NCBI GenBank assembly: GCA_951406725.2
Contig: OX597828.1
Span: forward strand, 10,044,001 to 10,108,000
Length of the DNA stretch: 64,000 nt
DNA from: Octopus vulgaris
Taxonomy: Eukaryota
Direction of reading: 5' to 3'
The translations under genes and the position numbers were made by a program. Of the stretch, positions 39,315 to 53,465 are shown piece after piece (position 1 is the stretch's first letter; every line of letters begins with the position of its first letter). The notes beneath the pieces were generated by a model. That model searched no databases, was not told where the DNA came from, and saw nothing but the letters and a program-made list of their open reading frames with translations.

Positions 39315-42300
39315 GAGGGAAAATAAGTCAGTTTCAAAACATTGATGTCCGGGTCACAAAAGCAAAGTTTGAAAGGAAGAGTAAACATTTCCTTTTATTT
39401 TCCTTTTATTTTCCTTTTATTTCTAGAGCGATGCAAATAAGAAATATCACTTATTTAACAAAGTAAATAAATAAATAAATAAAAATTTGTTACACGGTGT
39501 CATTATTGTGCTAATTATAATAGAGCATCCCATAACACATTGGTCGAAGCAGACTTTACAAAGACTATATTTGAACAAACGATTTATCATTTTTTTTCTT
39601 ACCGTGTTATGTCAATATTGGTTGTAGAAGTTTTATTTACATGTTTGAATTCCATGTTTAGGATTCAGAATTTGTGAATAATATAAAATATAAAAATAGT
39701 CTGATTCTTGTATCATTGAAAATATATTCAGGTAGGAATTTCCTTAGATATTTGCTTGTGTAAAGTGCAACATTTTAAAATATTTAATGTGTCGTGCATA
39801 TCACATTAACAGATTATATATTTTCAGTTATATTAAAATTATTATACCCTGATGTATTAATATATATGTTCTGAATATTCACATCAGTAATGTCCAGACA
39901 CATTTTGCTATTCATCTATTGATAGGTATATATCTGTATTTGAGAGGAAAATAAATTTGAATGCTTCCGTAACGGGTGTCTGTTGAAATACTTTCTAATT
40001 GTATATAAATATCGATGCAAACGTTAGTTTAAATTTACACATATCTGTCCCGAGATGATTTTGTTTGTATCAATAGCCGAAATACCTTTAACCCGACCGT
40101 AGACAGGTGATGTCGGAAAAGAAGTATCGCAAAACTTACTTTATCAATATTCTTCAAATGTTTTAATGCTTCTATAGCTTGATCCAATTCAGTTCGGAAA
40201 TAGCTCAGACGGATATGCGTTCAGAAAGTCAGGCAGAAAATACGAAATCTGCTATGTTTGAATAAGGTGTTGACACATTCTATGTTTCTTACTTTGACAT
40301 TTCAAAATGTAGTGGGGATGTGTGTGTGTGCATATGTATGTATATGTGAGATGGAAAGCAAAGAAAGCGGAAATATATTGGTTGGATATAAAGAGGGAAC
40401 AGGAAACAAGGGCTAATATAAACATTTTCTAAAATAGAAAGCAACATGAAATTTCAACATATATAAAGTAAGAAAGATATCCAGAAAAGTATTGCTTTTA
40501 CACAGCCATATGTAAAAACGCATATGCATACCTACGTACTTACATACATACATATATACATACATATAAATACACACACACGCACGCACATGAGTATGCG
40601 TACTTGTGTATGAGATTTACCGTGGGCGCGCATATGCGTATGCAAACAGAAAACCATGTGTGAAGATAATTCAGGATGGGTAAGTAGGACGTCTGTGAAT
40701 ATATAACAGGGATAAATTGACGAATTCAACGTTGGTATTTAGGAATGATGTATGCTTATCACACACGAAATTCAATTTAGAATATTGATTTTACCACCCT
40801 ATATAATGTGGAATTGACTGTCACGTCTTTTTATATTCTTAAACATCCAGGAACGAGATAAAGTCTATCTGGAATTAAGAACTTTCTGAATTTGGATGGG
40901 AAATTTCCGAATATCGCGTGCAATAAACACCTGGAATTTTCTCCAATGAGACTTGTTAATACAGAGTAAAATTAATCTTTATTAAGCAAAATTTCGTGTG
41001 GATTTCGTGCTAATCTACCTAGGTACAAAACAGAATAAAATGGTACAAGTATAATAAACACCCGATGTACCCCGGATATGTGAACTAAATTCTCGTTATA
41101 ACTGACATACGAAAATAATAAAATATTCTGCACAGAACTATGCAAATAAAATGTTTCGAATCGTATTTATTTACATAGTAAGCAGCATGCCTTTACAGCA
41201 ACTTTTTTAAATAGCTACATATACATTTTGACGCACGCACGCATGCTCGTACATATATACATGCATACATACATATATACATACATACATACATACATAC
41301 ATGCATACATACATGCATGCATGCATGCACGCATACATACATACATATATACATACATACATGCATACCTACATGCATGCATGCATGAAAACATACATAC
41401 ATACATACATCAGTTGTTGGTTGTTTTTCTACTCTCGTATTTCGAGCATAGAAGAGGCAATGAGAGCAACGAAGAAATGGAGAGTGAGCGATTCCTTAGA
41501 AACTGAAATTCTTACTTTGATGAGGCTTAAATATCTTTTCCCTAAAGGAAACTCGAAATTAAGGTATTCACTGAATAAAACTAAAACTAAAGCATGTATT
41601 CCAACTCATTTGTATATCAAATCGTAGAAAAATAGAAAGAGGAATAAAGTAGTAGAAATATTTAATATGAAGCAGTTGAGAGCGGGCTGTCATCCACACT
41701 TGAGTATATAGTAGCTGAATGTACCACATTTTTGTTTATTGTGGTTATGTGTCTAAGTTGATGGAAGCAAACTTTAACTCTCTTCTAGACTCTCCCAGCA
41801 TTTGATGCAGGAACATATCCAAGATGTAACAGCTGTATGGAGAAAAACGTACTTCAAAACTCAGCTGGTATTCATTTTCAGTTAAATTAACTGCAGCTAC
41901 GACAAATGTATGTCCTTGCTGAACGCCCGACATGCTCACCAGGCAAGAGATTGGACTCATGATAGGAGAGATACCCGAATACCCTGAAAATTAAGCTACG
42001 TGCCTTCACACATTTACATATTCATTACAAATATACAAACCGCTCATGATGTGCAATATATAAGTCGAATTCTTTCTAACTATAGAAGAGATGAATAGAA
42101 AATACGCTGTACTAAATGATGTATAGTATCTAATCTCCTAGAAACAACAAAATTGAAAACCAGTTTGTCAATAACAAACTCCAACATATATACCCACTAA
42201 AAAGCAGCTACAAACCACATGAGTAATATATATTGACTTGCAAACGTCACTGTTGGAAATTTTGTAATGCAAAATGTGCTGGTGACTTCAGTACTATGGA

Positions 42301-43993
42301 GCTTCTACTGTCAATTCACCATAAAATTATAATAAAGGGCAATTGTAATGAACTTCACCACTCAACAAAAACTGAAATAATGGAAAAGATTTTAAGTTTC
42401 CAAATCTACACGCTACAGTATATATATTTCCACAAAAAAATTGGTGAAAAAAGTGGGGACAAGGCACAAGAAAACAAAGTTGCCAAATGAATTGAATTCT
42501 ATATCTTTGTTCCGAATAAGAATTAATAACGCATCATACATATGTATGTGCTAAGGCTATGCTTGTTGGTGCGCAAGAAATGTTTATGTCGGTAGGGGGC
42601 ATGACAAAAAACTCATACCAAAATATTCTGATGCCCTACATTATTCTTTATTTACAGCAATCTTGAAGTATGTGAAGTTGTACTATTATACTACCATTCG
42701 TTCGTATACGAAATCATATAGCACTTCAAATATAAAACGAAATTCTAACTTTTTAAACTAAATGTGTCTTGTTACAATCAACCAAATTCATTTAGAAAAT
42801 AATTTCTGTTCACATAATTATAAATTAAAACTCATCAGTTAAACAAACTTTGCAACACATTTCAGAAAATTAACTTAGTATATTTCGAAATTAAACATAA
42901 GACTTTGCAATTCTCTCGAGTCCTCTTGGAATGATAAAGCAACATATTTGTTATAGCACGTAATATTTATCCCCAAGATGCGCTTAGATAAATGTCAGTA
43001 AATTGTCTCTTACTTTTAGATTACAAATTACTAATACGATGTAAATTATGGTTTTATATAATGTTTCATGTTGTAGAATATCCTATATATAAAATACTTA
43101 TTCGAATAATTATCTCAAACATTTTTAGAAATTGTATCTTCCTATTATCTACAGAACGTTTCTTTCTGTATGGAACAAAATCTATATTTTCGCATCACAA
43201 ACTGCTTTATCTCTTTGATCGCGTCTAGTTAGCGTTTGAAGCTACAACATATCATATTCCAAGATTACTGCTGAACATTGAAGATAATTGAGTGAAGGAA
43301 GTTATCTAACATACTGAGAGCAAGATTTTGCAGTAGGGATTAACCTTATAAACCCTTCATATAGCCAACATTTAGGATTCCATTGAGGATTTCTGGTTGT
43401 ATTTTGAAATGGTTTACTCTTATAAATTACTTTACGTATGAAATATCTTTAATGTAATAGCATTGCTTAATAGAATAATAGTTTATATTTAGGTTTTGTG
43501 ATATATTCTATGATAAAGACAATAAATTGTTACGTAATTGATACAAACGTTTTCAATAATAAAATATTTATAAGCAAGTCCACTCATCATTATTCTAAGA
43601 GCTTCGTCGAAGAGTATGAGGACATAAAACTGCAATCTACCATTAAGATGCGGCTTCTATTCCTTGTTATACATTCTTCAATTCACGTCCATAGTTATCT
43701 TGTAAGAAAAATGATGACAAATTTAGTACCTAAATGAAGGGAACATCAAAGGTGTCTCGTTTTCAAATTTCCCTCAAATCAGTATTCATGGTCTTAAAAA
43801 TGAAGAAAGTGAGCCTAATAGAACGAAATCATAGGTATCCCGCAAAAAGCAAAGGAATACTGCTACTGTAATACTATATGTCTCTGCGATCAAGTTTAAC
43901 CTTCGCCTAAATAATAGTCACTAGAAACAGTTAAACCATTCTATGAAACATACCAATAAGGGCATCTATAAGCGTTCATTCGACCGCTAGAAA

Positions 43994-44220
43994 TACTCTT
44001 TACTCTTTACTCTTTTACTTGTTTCAGTGATTTGACTGCGGCCATGCTGGAGCACCGCCTTTAATCGAGCAGCTCGACCCCAGGACTTATTCTTTTGTAA
44101 GTCCAGTACTTATTCTATCGGTCTCTTTTGGCGAAGCGCTAAGTAACGGGGACATAAACACACCAACATCGGTTGTCAAGCAATGCTAGGGGGACAAACA
44201 CAGACACACAAACACACACA

Positions 44221-44266
<46 letters not shown>

Positions 44267-44289
44267 TACGACGGGCTTCTTTCAGTTTC
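43994..44289 (-). mobile_element. Family-1 SINE, 5'-truncated
   Basis: Matches 36017-36330 and stops at CTTTCAGTTTC. Confidence 0.9.
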
Positions 44290-45166
44290 AATAATTCTAC
44301 TGCTATATTCGTTGATACGACAGTATCTATGTCCTGAAAATCAAGTGCATCAAGTGAACTACCTTAACTATAAATTGTCCTCTAAGAAGCTAATATTCTG
44401 ACATTATTAATATATAAAAAAGTCATGGGTCTGAGCAACATGCATTTTGTTCATATTTCGGCTTAATATCCATGTTGGAGACAGAAGACTTAGCAAAATA
44501 CTATGAAACAGCATCTTCTCTCTCTTTCTCTTACTCTTTTTCTTTCTTTCTCTCTTTCTCTCTTCCTTTCTCTGTCCCCATTCCTTTACCTTTATTTTTC
44601 TCTCTTTCTCACAAGCACACATACACACACACGCATACACGCTTTCTGCATCAGTCGGACATCTTTCTATTCTTCCTAAGTATTTCAACTGCAAATATGT
44701 TCTGCCTTTCTGACTCTGATTTCGCAGAGCAATTGGCTATAATAAAAAAAAGCATTGTCTTGTGCCAAAAGTTCACTTTTTAACAAGACATGAAACAATC
44801 TTTGTGTTCGTCACGTTGATTTTCGCGCCAATACGCAACCTGAATTCTTTGAGGGAGTGGATATTCCCTTAGTGTCAAACCCTAGCGATAGCTCCATATC
44901 TAACGTGATTAATGATGTAGAAATCCTTCTCCCACGCCCAGTTAAATCCAGCATATCCAATGGAGCATGATCCATAATATAATTTGACGGAAGAAGGATA
45001 TCTGATCGGACACAAACAAAGCTGTATCTTCAATATACAACTGATTCATTATATTGGCCGTAACGTTATTCAGAATTCTCTATACACTAGAAAACATCCA
45101 AAATAATATCTGATGAAATCATTGAAATTATCACCTCAATCTTTATATTTAAACATACTCATAAAA

Positions 45167-45351
<185 letters not shown>

Positions 45352-45387
45352 CTGTGTGAATGTTTGTGTGTGCATATGTATATATAT

Positions 45388-45460
<73 letters not shown>

Positions 45461-45597
45461 TGTAATGGAATCGACGGCTTATATTTATTTGCTGCCGATA
45501 AATTTGGCGCGAGTGCGACGATTTGAAAATTTTAGGTCAGATATAAACTTGGCAACGTCGGAAATGCCTCGTGAAAATATCTGTTCCGTCTTGGGCT

Positions 45598-45704
45598 ATT
45601 TCTTACTGAAGAATCTGAGGGCCTGTGGAAGATTAGCTTGATTTAATTTAATCAGGTTGGTTTGCCATTAATCAGCAGATGAAACGGTATATCGTATAAG
45701 AAAT
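45598..45704 (+). ncRNA. Type I hammerhead ribozyme, intact core
   Basis: Stem I ATTTCTTA/TAAGAAAT (8 bp). CTGAAGA at 45606-45612. Stem II ATCTG/CAGAT with an extended loop holding a 10-bp hairpin. GAAA at 45681-45684. Stem III ACGG-TATA-TCGT. Cleavage triplet GUA, cut predicted after 45696. Confidence 0.85.
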
Positions 45705-45837
45705 TACAGGGTAAATGTTTTTAAAATTTTCTCCTGGTTTACTGAATTAACTTTTATTTGCGGTTGAAGCTTTGGCTGTTATTTCTAGTGGGTGAATGGC
45801 CTATTATGGCCGTTCCTTTATTGTTGATATATATATG

Positions 45838-46217
<380 letters not shown>

Positions 46218-46220
<3 letters not shown>

Positions 46221-46533
46221 CTGTTGTTATTATTATTAATTATGCGTCCTTTTCAAGTCTAGCCAGGTTCATGGGTCCGGTTTCCCGCTTTCTATGTCAT
46301 ATGTGTTCCCCCCAGCTGATCGGGACGTCAGTCCATCGCAGCGCTACTCAAGAAACAGGAAGAAAAGAGTGAGAGAAAGCTGGGGCGAAAGAGTACAACA
46401 GGGGTCGCCACCACCCCTACCGGAGCCTTGTGGAGTTTTAGGTGTTTTCGCCGAAATAACACACACAAAGCCCGCTCTGGGAATCGACATCACGATCTTC
46501 CGACCGCGAGTCCGCTGCCCTAACCACTGGGCC
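46218..46533 (-). mobile_element. tRNA-derived SINE (body M, tail B with V-domain-like GCGATGGACTG motif)
   Basis: Head GGCCCAGTGGTTAGGGCAGCGGACTCGCGGTCGG...GTCGATTCCC. Body as in 1450-1540, tail as in 32171-32280. Confidence 0.9.
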
Positions 46534-46534
46534 T

Positions 46535-46568
<34 letters not shown>

Positions 46569-47522
46569 GAATATTTGTATAAATAAGCTAAGAAAACACA
46601 ACTAGATCTCATAATGCATTGAAACAAGTGCATAGTCAAGTCCATGCAGGCCTGGAAAAATACCTCGTGTGGAAAAAATTGTAGTAATTAAAAAATAGAA
46701 GTCCAACCATACTCCTTCTTGATTATTCCGATTTTTCTTACTTATTGTTTAAATGGAAACAGCCAGCAGTTTTAGTTCGATGAAGTAAAAGTGTTGGCGG
46801 AGGTTAGACAGATAGAGGTAAAAACGGAAAGATGGGTGTTAGTTCAGGAAGAGGGAGGGGGTTAATAATGTGTGTATTAAAGAAGTTGGCAGTAGAGGTG
46901 GAAATTTGGGATGTGAGTGGGAGACGTAGGTAATCAAAGAGTGGTCAGATGTTGGGTTTGCATGTAGGTGTCGAATTTAGGGATAATGATTAAAGAATAT
47001 TGGAAGTTGATATAACGTGAAAAGGGATGGCAGTTATTTGAGGGAGGTAAATAGTCTAAGAGGAGAATACTGTTGTATATTCTTGATGTGAACTCGTGTG
47101 TTGAAACAGATTTTTTTCTAGTACGCGTGTTTATGTGGTAAAAAATGACACTTTTCGTAAAATATGACAATATATATTTATTTATTCATTAATTTATTTA
47201 TATTGAAGGTATGTGTGTCTATTCAACATAATATCAAGTCGTTTGATTATCCGCTGTATGCCTAAATATTTGGAATGATTATTAGTGGGTTTATTAATAT
47301 GTACACATTCGTCTTCATTAGAAATATGCGTGCTAACTTACCATGATTGTCCACTCTTAACTACTGAGGGGACAGAGAAAGATTCAGATATATATATGCA
47401 TACACACACACACACACACACACAAACACACACATATATATATACATATATACATATAGATAGATAGATACAAGGAGAGAGAGAGAGAGAGAGAGAGAAG
47501 ATAGAGAGATAATTTAAAGATA

Positions 47523-47560
<38 letters not shown>

Positions 47561-47601
47561 CAGAAAGTTGGTGTCAAATGCAGTGTGCTAACCTTAATCT
47601 A

Positions 47602-47664
<63 letters not shown>

Positions 47665-47754
47665 GTAAAATAATATGTGACAATTATTTGAATGTTTGTG
47701 TGTGCATATGTATATAAGTGTGCGTATAGGAATTTAATGCATTAACTTCTATTT

Positions 47755-48059
47755 AAACGTCGCAACCTGTGGAACAGTACTATAATGGCCTTTGCAAAAC
47801 AAAGCTTTTTATTCACTTCCAAGTCACTTCCATGTCCTCCCCTCAAAGTCTTCTATCCTCAAGAACGTTGGCCTTCTCTCTAGAATATATATATATATAT
47901 ATATATATACGTATAAGCAACAAGGGTATTCTAGAGAGAAGGCCAACGTTCTTGAGAATAGAAGACTTTGAGAGAAGGACATGGAAGTGACTTGGAGGTG
48001 AATAATAAGCTTTGTTTTGCAAAGGCCATTATAGTACTGTTCCACAGGTTGCGACGTTT
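47755..48059. repeat. Inverted repeat, 133-bp arms around a (TA)n-containing spacer
   Basis: 47755-47887 versus 47927-48059. The mirrored ORFs MEQYYNGLCKTKL on both strands are a by-product. Confidence 0.92.
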
Positions 48060-50038
48060 CGGAGATTAGCTATTCAGACTCTTTCACGAATCATCAGGAT
48101 ATCGTCAGAGTGCCTATCAAGAAGTACAATCCGGGGAAACATTTTGCGTTTTGAAACTCCCACACCTTAGTGAGAAAATAACTGCTGCAATCCGTTATGT
48201 AACCCATACTGCGTAAATTGAATACAACGCTGGCACATTGCAGACACTCCACGATTAGCTTCTTGGCAACCGACTAGCACACGACTGCACAGGGTGCACA
48301 CTGTCAAACCGTAATGATCAGCAGTGAAGCATGTTTACCGCACAACGTGGTATACAAAATCACCTTTTTTTATCAAAAGGCAATGAATGCTTGATAGGAA
48401 GTTTCATAAGACAAGTGAATGTGTATCCTGATTTTTCTCCCGGCAAAATACACCTGTGAAAATAACATTCAACCCCAAAATAAAGTTCTCCATTCACACC
48501 ATTGAGCAAATATTTGGCAACTAAATATAGAAGAAGTAATAACCATGTCTGGCCAAACCGCGTACTTAAAGACAGAAGCGAGTTACAGAAAACTGATTGC
48601 CTATTGTAGCAATGCTGTCCTACACCTGAAAATTATCAAATCCATAGGCACGCATGCACAGAAGCACACTGCTCGGCAAGGAAGTCATCTCGCAAAACCA
48701 AATATCCAATTTCCTTTTCCGGAAGATGAAATGATGACTTCGAAAACTCAAAGTATAAGATATAATATTCAATAATATTTAATTATTTTGTTTCTTATAA
48801 ATCGATTTATCTCTGTATACAATGATTTATTTACATGTGTCTCAGGGATGTGCGTGTGTCCATCCACTGCGACTTTATAAGTCTTTGTGTTATGGTATAG
48901 TGTAAGAAATTGAAGAAAGAAAGCATGGGTGAGTTTCTTCATTATATTTTGTTTGTGACTGCTCAAAGGTAGATGGGAAAACGATGAAATGAAAACTACA
49001 GAATGTAGCGAGTATCATGTCATGCGCAGTGCATTGTTTTTTAGCCTTCAGTACCCGGCTTGAACATTTCACCACCTAACCTCTACTCATGTATTGAGTC
49101 CATTATTCAGTCACAAATTTAACTTTTCAGTATATAACATGACTGAGTCCAATGTATATGAGTGAATACACTTACGTATATATATATATATATATATATA
49201 AATATATGTGTGTATATGTATGTATGTATAGTGGAGGTGTTTGTGCACAATATACAATATATTTGGCGAGTGAGCGAGAGAGTGTGTTTGTGTATGTATG
49301 TGAGTAATATATGTGTATGTTTGTGTGTGTGTGTGTGTGCGTGTGTGTGTGTGCGTGTGTGTGTGTGTGCATGTGTGTCAATCATTTTGTGCTTCCTTGA
49401 ATATCGATGTATGCAGTAAGTAATCTATCTATGTATCTAGTTATCGGAAAACTTGTATGAAGTATTACATAGCAATATGTGTTAAGCAATATTCTGACGG
49501 CTGTCTTTATGAAATGATTTTCTTTTCTTTTTGGATGTACTTATGTTATTTGTGAATATAAAGCTGATTTGAAACGAGTATAAAAGAAAAGTGATAAAAT
49601 ATTCTTCACACAACCTCAGGCTTGCTATATGTTTTCTAACAGCCGTCGGGCATGAAGGAAATCATATATCTAATCGGTGGCAGTTTCTGTCAACAGTTCT
49701 TAAGACTAACAGTACTTAGAGAATAAGTGAAATTGTTTCCAGACAAACATGTTTCTTTTGCCTGGTGTTTTAACATATGGACATCCCTTTGCAACTAACA
49801 TAAAAAAAGAAGGGAAAAATAGCGCTGTCAACTTAGTTGGCTATTTAACGACTTCTTTACTATGCTGGTTATTTTGTCTGCTAACACATCTTGTTTGTTT
49901 CTGTGTCTGTTTTTGTCCTATTTTTTCCTACAAGAATAATCTACTTCATATCTTTGTGAATGATATATTTTCGTTAGATACAAACTTACAGACATGATAC
50001 ACAAACAAATACAGATATACTTTAAACTGAGAATCATG

Positions 50039-50097
<59 letters not shown>

Positions 50098-51556
50098 CTA
50101 TATATGAATGTATATATGTTTGTGGGGGTGAGTTTCCGTGTTTGTCAGTGTGCATGTATATGTATATAGAGGTATCTAACACATATATATATACACATAT
50201 ATACATACATACAGATGTTTGTGTACAACCATATATATGCTTTCATATGTGTATATATATATATATATATATGCTCCATATATGTGTATATATGTATATA
50301 TGTATAAATATATAAACACGTATACATATCCATGACATAGAGTTAGGCAGACAGAGAGGTAACGCGTGAAAGAGGAAGAGGCATATATATATATTTATAT
50401 ATATATATATATATATGCACACACACACATATATATAGTCACGCGTTTGAGTGCGTATGTGTGTGTGTGTCTGGATATTTCTGTGTGTCTGTGATGTGTT
50501 ATGTGCACCTGTGTATATGTGTAATTGATTTGCTTGAATAATGAAAATCTATCCTTCGTAATCTCTTGATATTTTCGAAGAAACATAAAGCTTCCACACT
50601 TAAACCAATACATGGCTGAGATTAATGGAGATCATTGTGAAATATGAATTACGATTTTTAAAGCAATGCAATTCTTCCCATGCGTGTGTGTGTATGTGTG
50701 TGTGTGTTTGTGTGTACAGGGAATTGATTTGTAGTCGATGGTTGGGAGTACTCAATACATGTCCATATTGTACTTAATCATATGAATTTCGACTTCACTT
50801 TCTTTATTCCCTGTGTTACATTTGCTTGATTTATGGTGCGTGAACTCAAAAATCGTTAGTGAATTTCTCATTAAACTTTGTTATGCTTTGGTCGGAATTT
50901 AAAACGTACCACAACATGAGGGCTGAAGAACACAAAGTAATTGTCAGCTGTCATCAGAGATTGTAAAAGTGAGATTTCGATTATTGTCTGTAGCTGCCTT
51001 CGTTAAGATCATAATTCTCCTCGACTTGATCTTCCAGTCACAGTCTTAGTGTCTATAGAATAATTCGTAGCAATAAAATCTAAATATCCTCACTGCGTAT
51101 TCTCTACTATAAATCTGTACATTCACTCAAGCTCACGTACGAAAAACACATACAGATACACAGGCATACGCATGCACACATGCTAACACATGCACATACA
51201 CATGCATCCCCTTCATGTATGTGTCTGCGCGTGTGCCTGCGTGCATGTGTGTGTCTGTGTGTTGTCGTATATATATGAAATACAAAAGAAATAAAGAAGA
51301 CTGTTCATCACTTCATGTCTGCATGCAACTGTCTCTTGATCTGAAGATTAGAAAAATAATTGAAGAGGGTAAATTTCTATGTGAGTTGAAATACTTATAA
51401 ACTTGTAAACTGAGTGCATTTTCCTTCATTTACTTATTTTTCGCTCTACATATATATTTATGTTTGTATGGATATTGTATATCTACTATGTAGTAAATAT
51501 GTGTGTGTGCATAAAGACATAGACATAGACAGAGAGACAAACAGATAGAGAGATAA

Positions 51557-52568
51557 GTTTCTTTATTGGCCACACAGGGCTGCACACAGATGGGACAAGT
51601 TACAAGGTAGAGCTTTTCTATTGGGGGATGAAAAAAACAAAAAACAAAAGAAAAAAAAAAAAAATAATATAAAAAATAAAAAGAAAAAAGGAAAAAAAAG
51701 AACGATCAATAGGGATCGTGTATCACAGTGTTATGATATATGGTGTAAAGGGGAAAGCAAGTAAGGTTTATCCGTGGGAAGAAAAGCCTACGAAAAAGAC
51801 CACGGTAACCTTGGTCAATATTGTTATATGTTACCACATTTGTTTGCAATTTTCTGGGTTCATAGGATTATGCTCAAGGTGGCTTCGTCATTCATACGTG
51901 CCATCCTTGCTACATTCACCCATCTTTTTTTAAGACATTCGCTAGACAAAATTTACCTCTCTACTCTCACTTTCCTTTTCAAGTGGTACTTGAAGAAGTT
52001 GATGAGAGATTGACCAGAGAGGAAAGTGTTTGTCTCCAATCCTTTCAGACGCGTCCACCAGATACATTCTGTCGCCATAGCCACAAGGATGATGAAAATG
52101 GCTCTTCTTTCCCGTTTGAAAGAAGGAGGCGTGACAATATTGACGATAGACTCAGCTGATAAACCGACTCGTCCCACACGTGACAGCAGTTGTTCGACAC
52201 AAGCCCACAGGTCGGAAATTGTTGGACACTGCACGAGTGCATGCAGAACGGTTTCGTCGCTCTGACCGCATCTCGGGCAGGACGGCCCCGTGTTTCTCGA
52301 GCCGTGTCTGTAGAGCTTATGCCGAACGGGTAGCGCTTCTCGGTAACACTGCCAGGCCTGGGATCTCTGGAAGTTGTCCATGGGCCCTGGCCCGAAAGTC
52401 GTCCTGAACAGGCGGGTCAGGTACTCCTCGTCGACGTCTAGGTTCGCCCCGAGCTCGTCGTCGTACCTCCCCTCCACTAATCCCCTATAGAATGCTTTGG
52501 TTGTGTTGAAGTCACTCAAGGTCGACCCAGGACGGCAGAGTTGCTTGAGAGCAACGCGACACACGCGG
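51557..52568 (-). mobile_element. 5'-truncated Tx1/L1-clade non-LTR retrotransposon (ORF2 C-terminus + 3' UTR)
   Basis: The ORF2 tail has a CCHC knuckle CPRCGQSDETVLHALVQC..LW. The 3' UTR ends GCCCTGTGTGGCCAATAAAGAAAC. The 5' truncation abuts (GATA)n. Confidence 0.88.
51860..52568 (-). pseudogene. LINE ORF2 C-terminal remnant with zinc knuckle
   Basis: RVCRVALKQLC...WQCYREALPVRHKL...CPRCGQSDETVLHALVQC...CIWWTR...KVRVER*ILSSECLKKRWVNVARM...SIIL*, with one premature stop at 51953. The N-terminal YLSI repeats of the listed 380-aa ORF are microsatellite. Confidence 0.85.
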
Positions 52569-52575
52569 TAGATAT

Positions 52576-52693
<118 letters not shown>

Positions 52694-52707
52694 TGATCGA
52701 TAGATGT

Positions 52708-52817
52708 ATTTCTTTATTGGCCACACAGGGCTGAACACAGACGGGACAAAATACAAAGTAGAGCTTTTCATTCTGGGGGAAAGAAAACAAGACAGAAAAA
52801 ACAAGGCAGGGTAGGTT
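52708..52817 (-). mobile_element. Very short 3' end of the same Tx1-like LINE
   Basis: TTTCTTTATTGGCCACACAGGGCTGAACACAGA...GTAGAGCTTTTC, as at 51557. Confidence 0.85.
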
Positions 52818-52938
52818 ATATACCCCGAAAGGATGAAAGGCAAAGTCGACCTCGGCGGAATTTGAACTCGGAACGTAACGACAGACGAAATACGGCTACG
52901 CATTTCGCCCGGCGTGCTAACGTTTCTGACAGCTCGAG
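52818..52938 (-). mobile_element. 5' part of a tRNA-derived SINE (Nin/Deu-like domain)
   Basis: CGAGCTGTCAGAAACGTTAGCACGCCGGGC...GAGTTCAAATTCCGCCGAGGTCGACTTTGCCTTTCATCCTTTCGGGGT. Confidence 0.85.
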
Positions 52939-52943
52939 ATAGG

Positions 52944-53000
<57 letters not shown>

Positions 53001-53005
53001 TGATT

Positions 53006-53065
<60 letters not shown>

Positions 53066-53066
53066 T

Positions 53067-53392
53067 GTTTCTTTATTAGCCACACAGGGCTGCACACAGA
53101 TAGAACAAATTACAAGGTAGAGCTTTTCTTTTGGGGGTAAAAATAATAAAAAAAAGAGAGTGGTGGTTTTCGATCAAAAGGGATCGTAAAAGGAAAGAAA
53201 AATGACAAAAAAAAGGGAGGGGTTAAAAAAAAGGGGGGGGGAGAAAATAAAGAAAACAAATGAATAATAGGGATCGTTATCACAGAAATGTCAATATGAA
53301 GTGTAAAGGGGAGGACAGGTGAGGTTTACCCGTGGAAAGAAAAGCCTACGGAAAAGACCACGGTAACCTCGGTCAATGAAGTCACATGTTAT
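53067..53392 (-). mobile_element. Third 3' UTR copy of the Tx1-like LINE
   Basis: Colinear with 51557-51835 (AAAAGCCTACG.AAAAGACCACGGTAACCT.GGTCAAT). (GATA)n on both sides. Confidence 0.88.
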
Positions 53393-53407
53393 ATTTCTTT
53401 TTTATAA

Positions 53408-53465
<58 letters not shown>

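Noticed and set aside
41940-41983. Possible minus-strand micro-exon (TTTTCAG...CTG|GTGAGC), plus other splice-like sites at 58178, 58896, 59982, 62349
   Set aside because: No recognisable peptide or coherent exon chain. Such signals arise by chance in AT-rich DNA. The window could still be intronic.
46460-46533. tRNA gene (also the heads at 1360, 36400, 37610, 52850)
   Set aside because: A/B boxes are present, but no complete cloverleaf. Each is followed by a SINE body.
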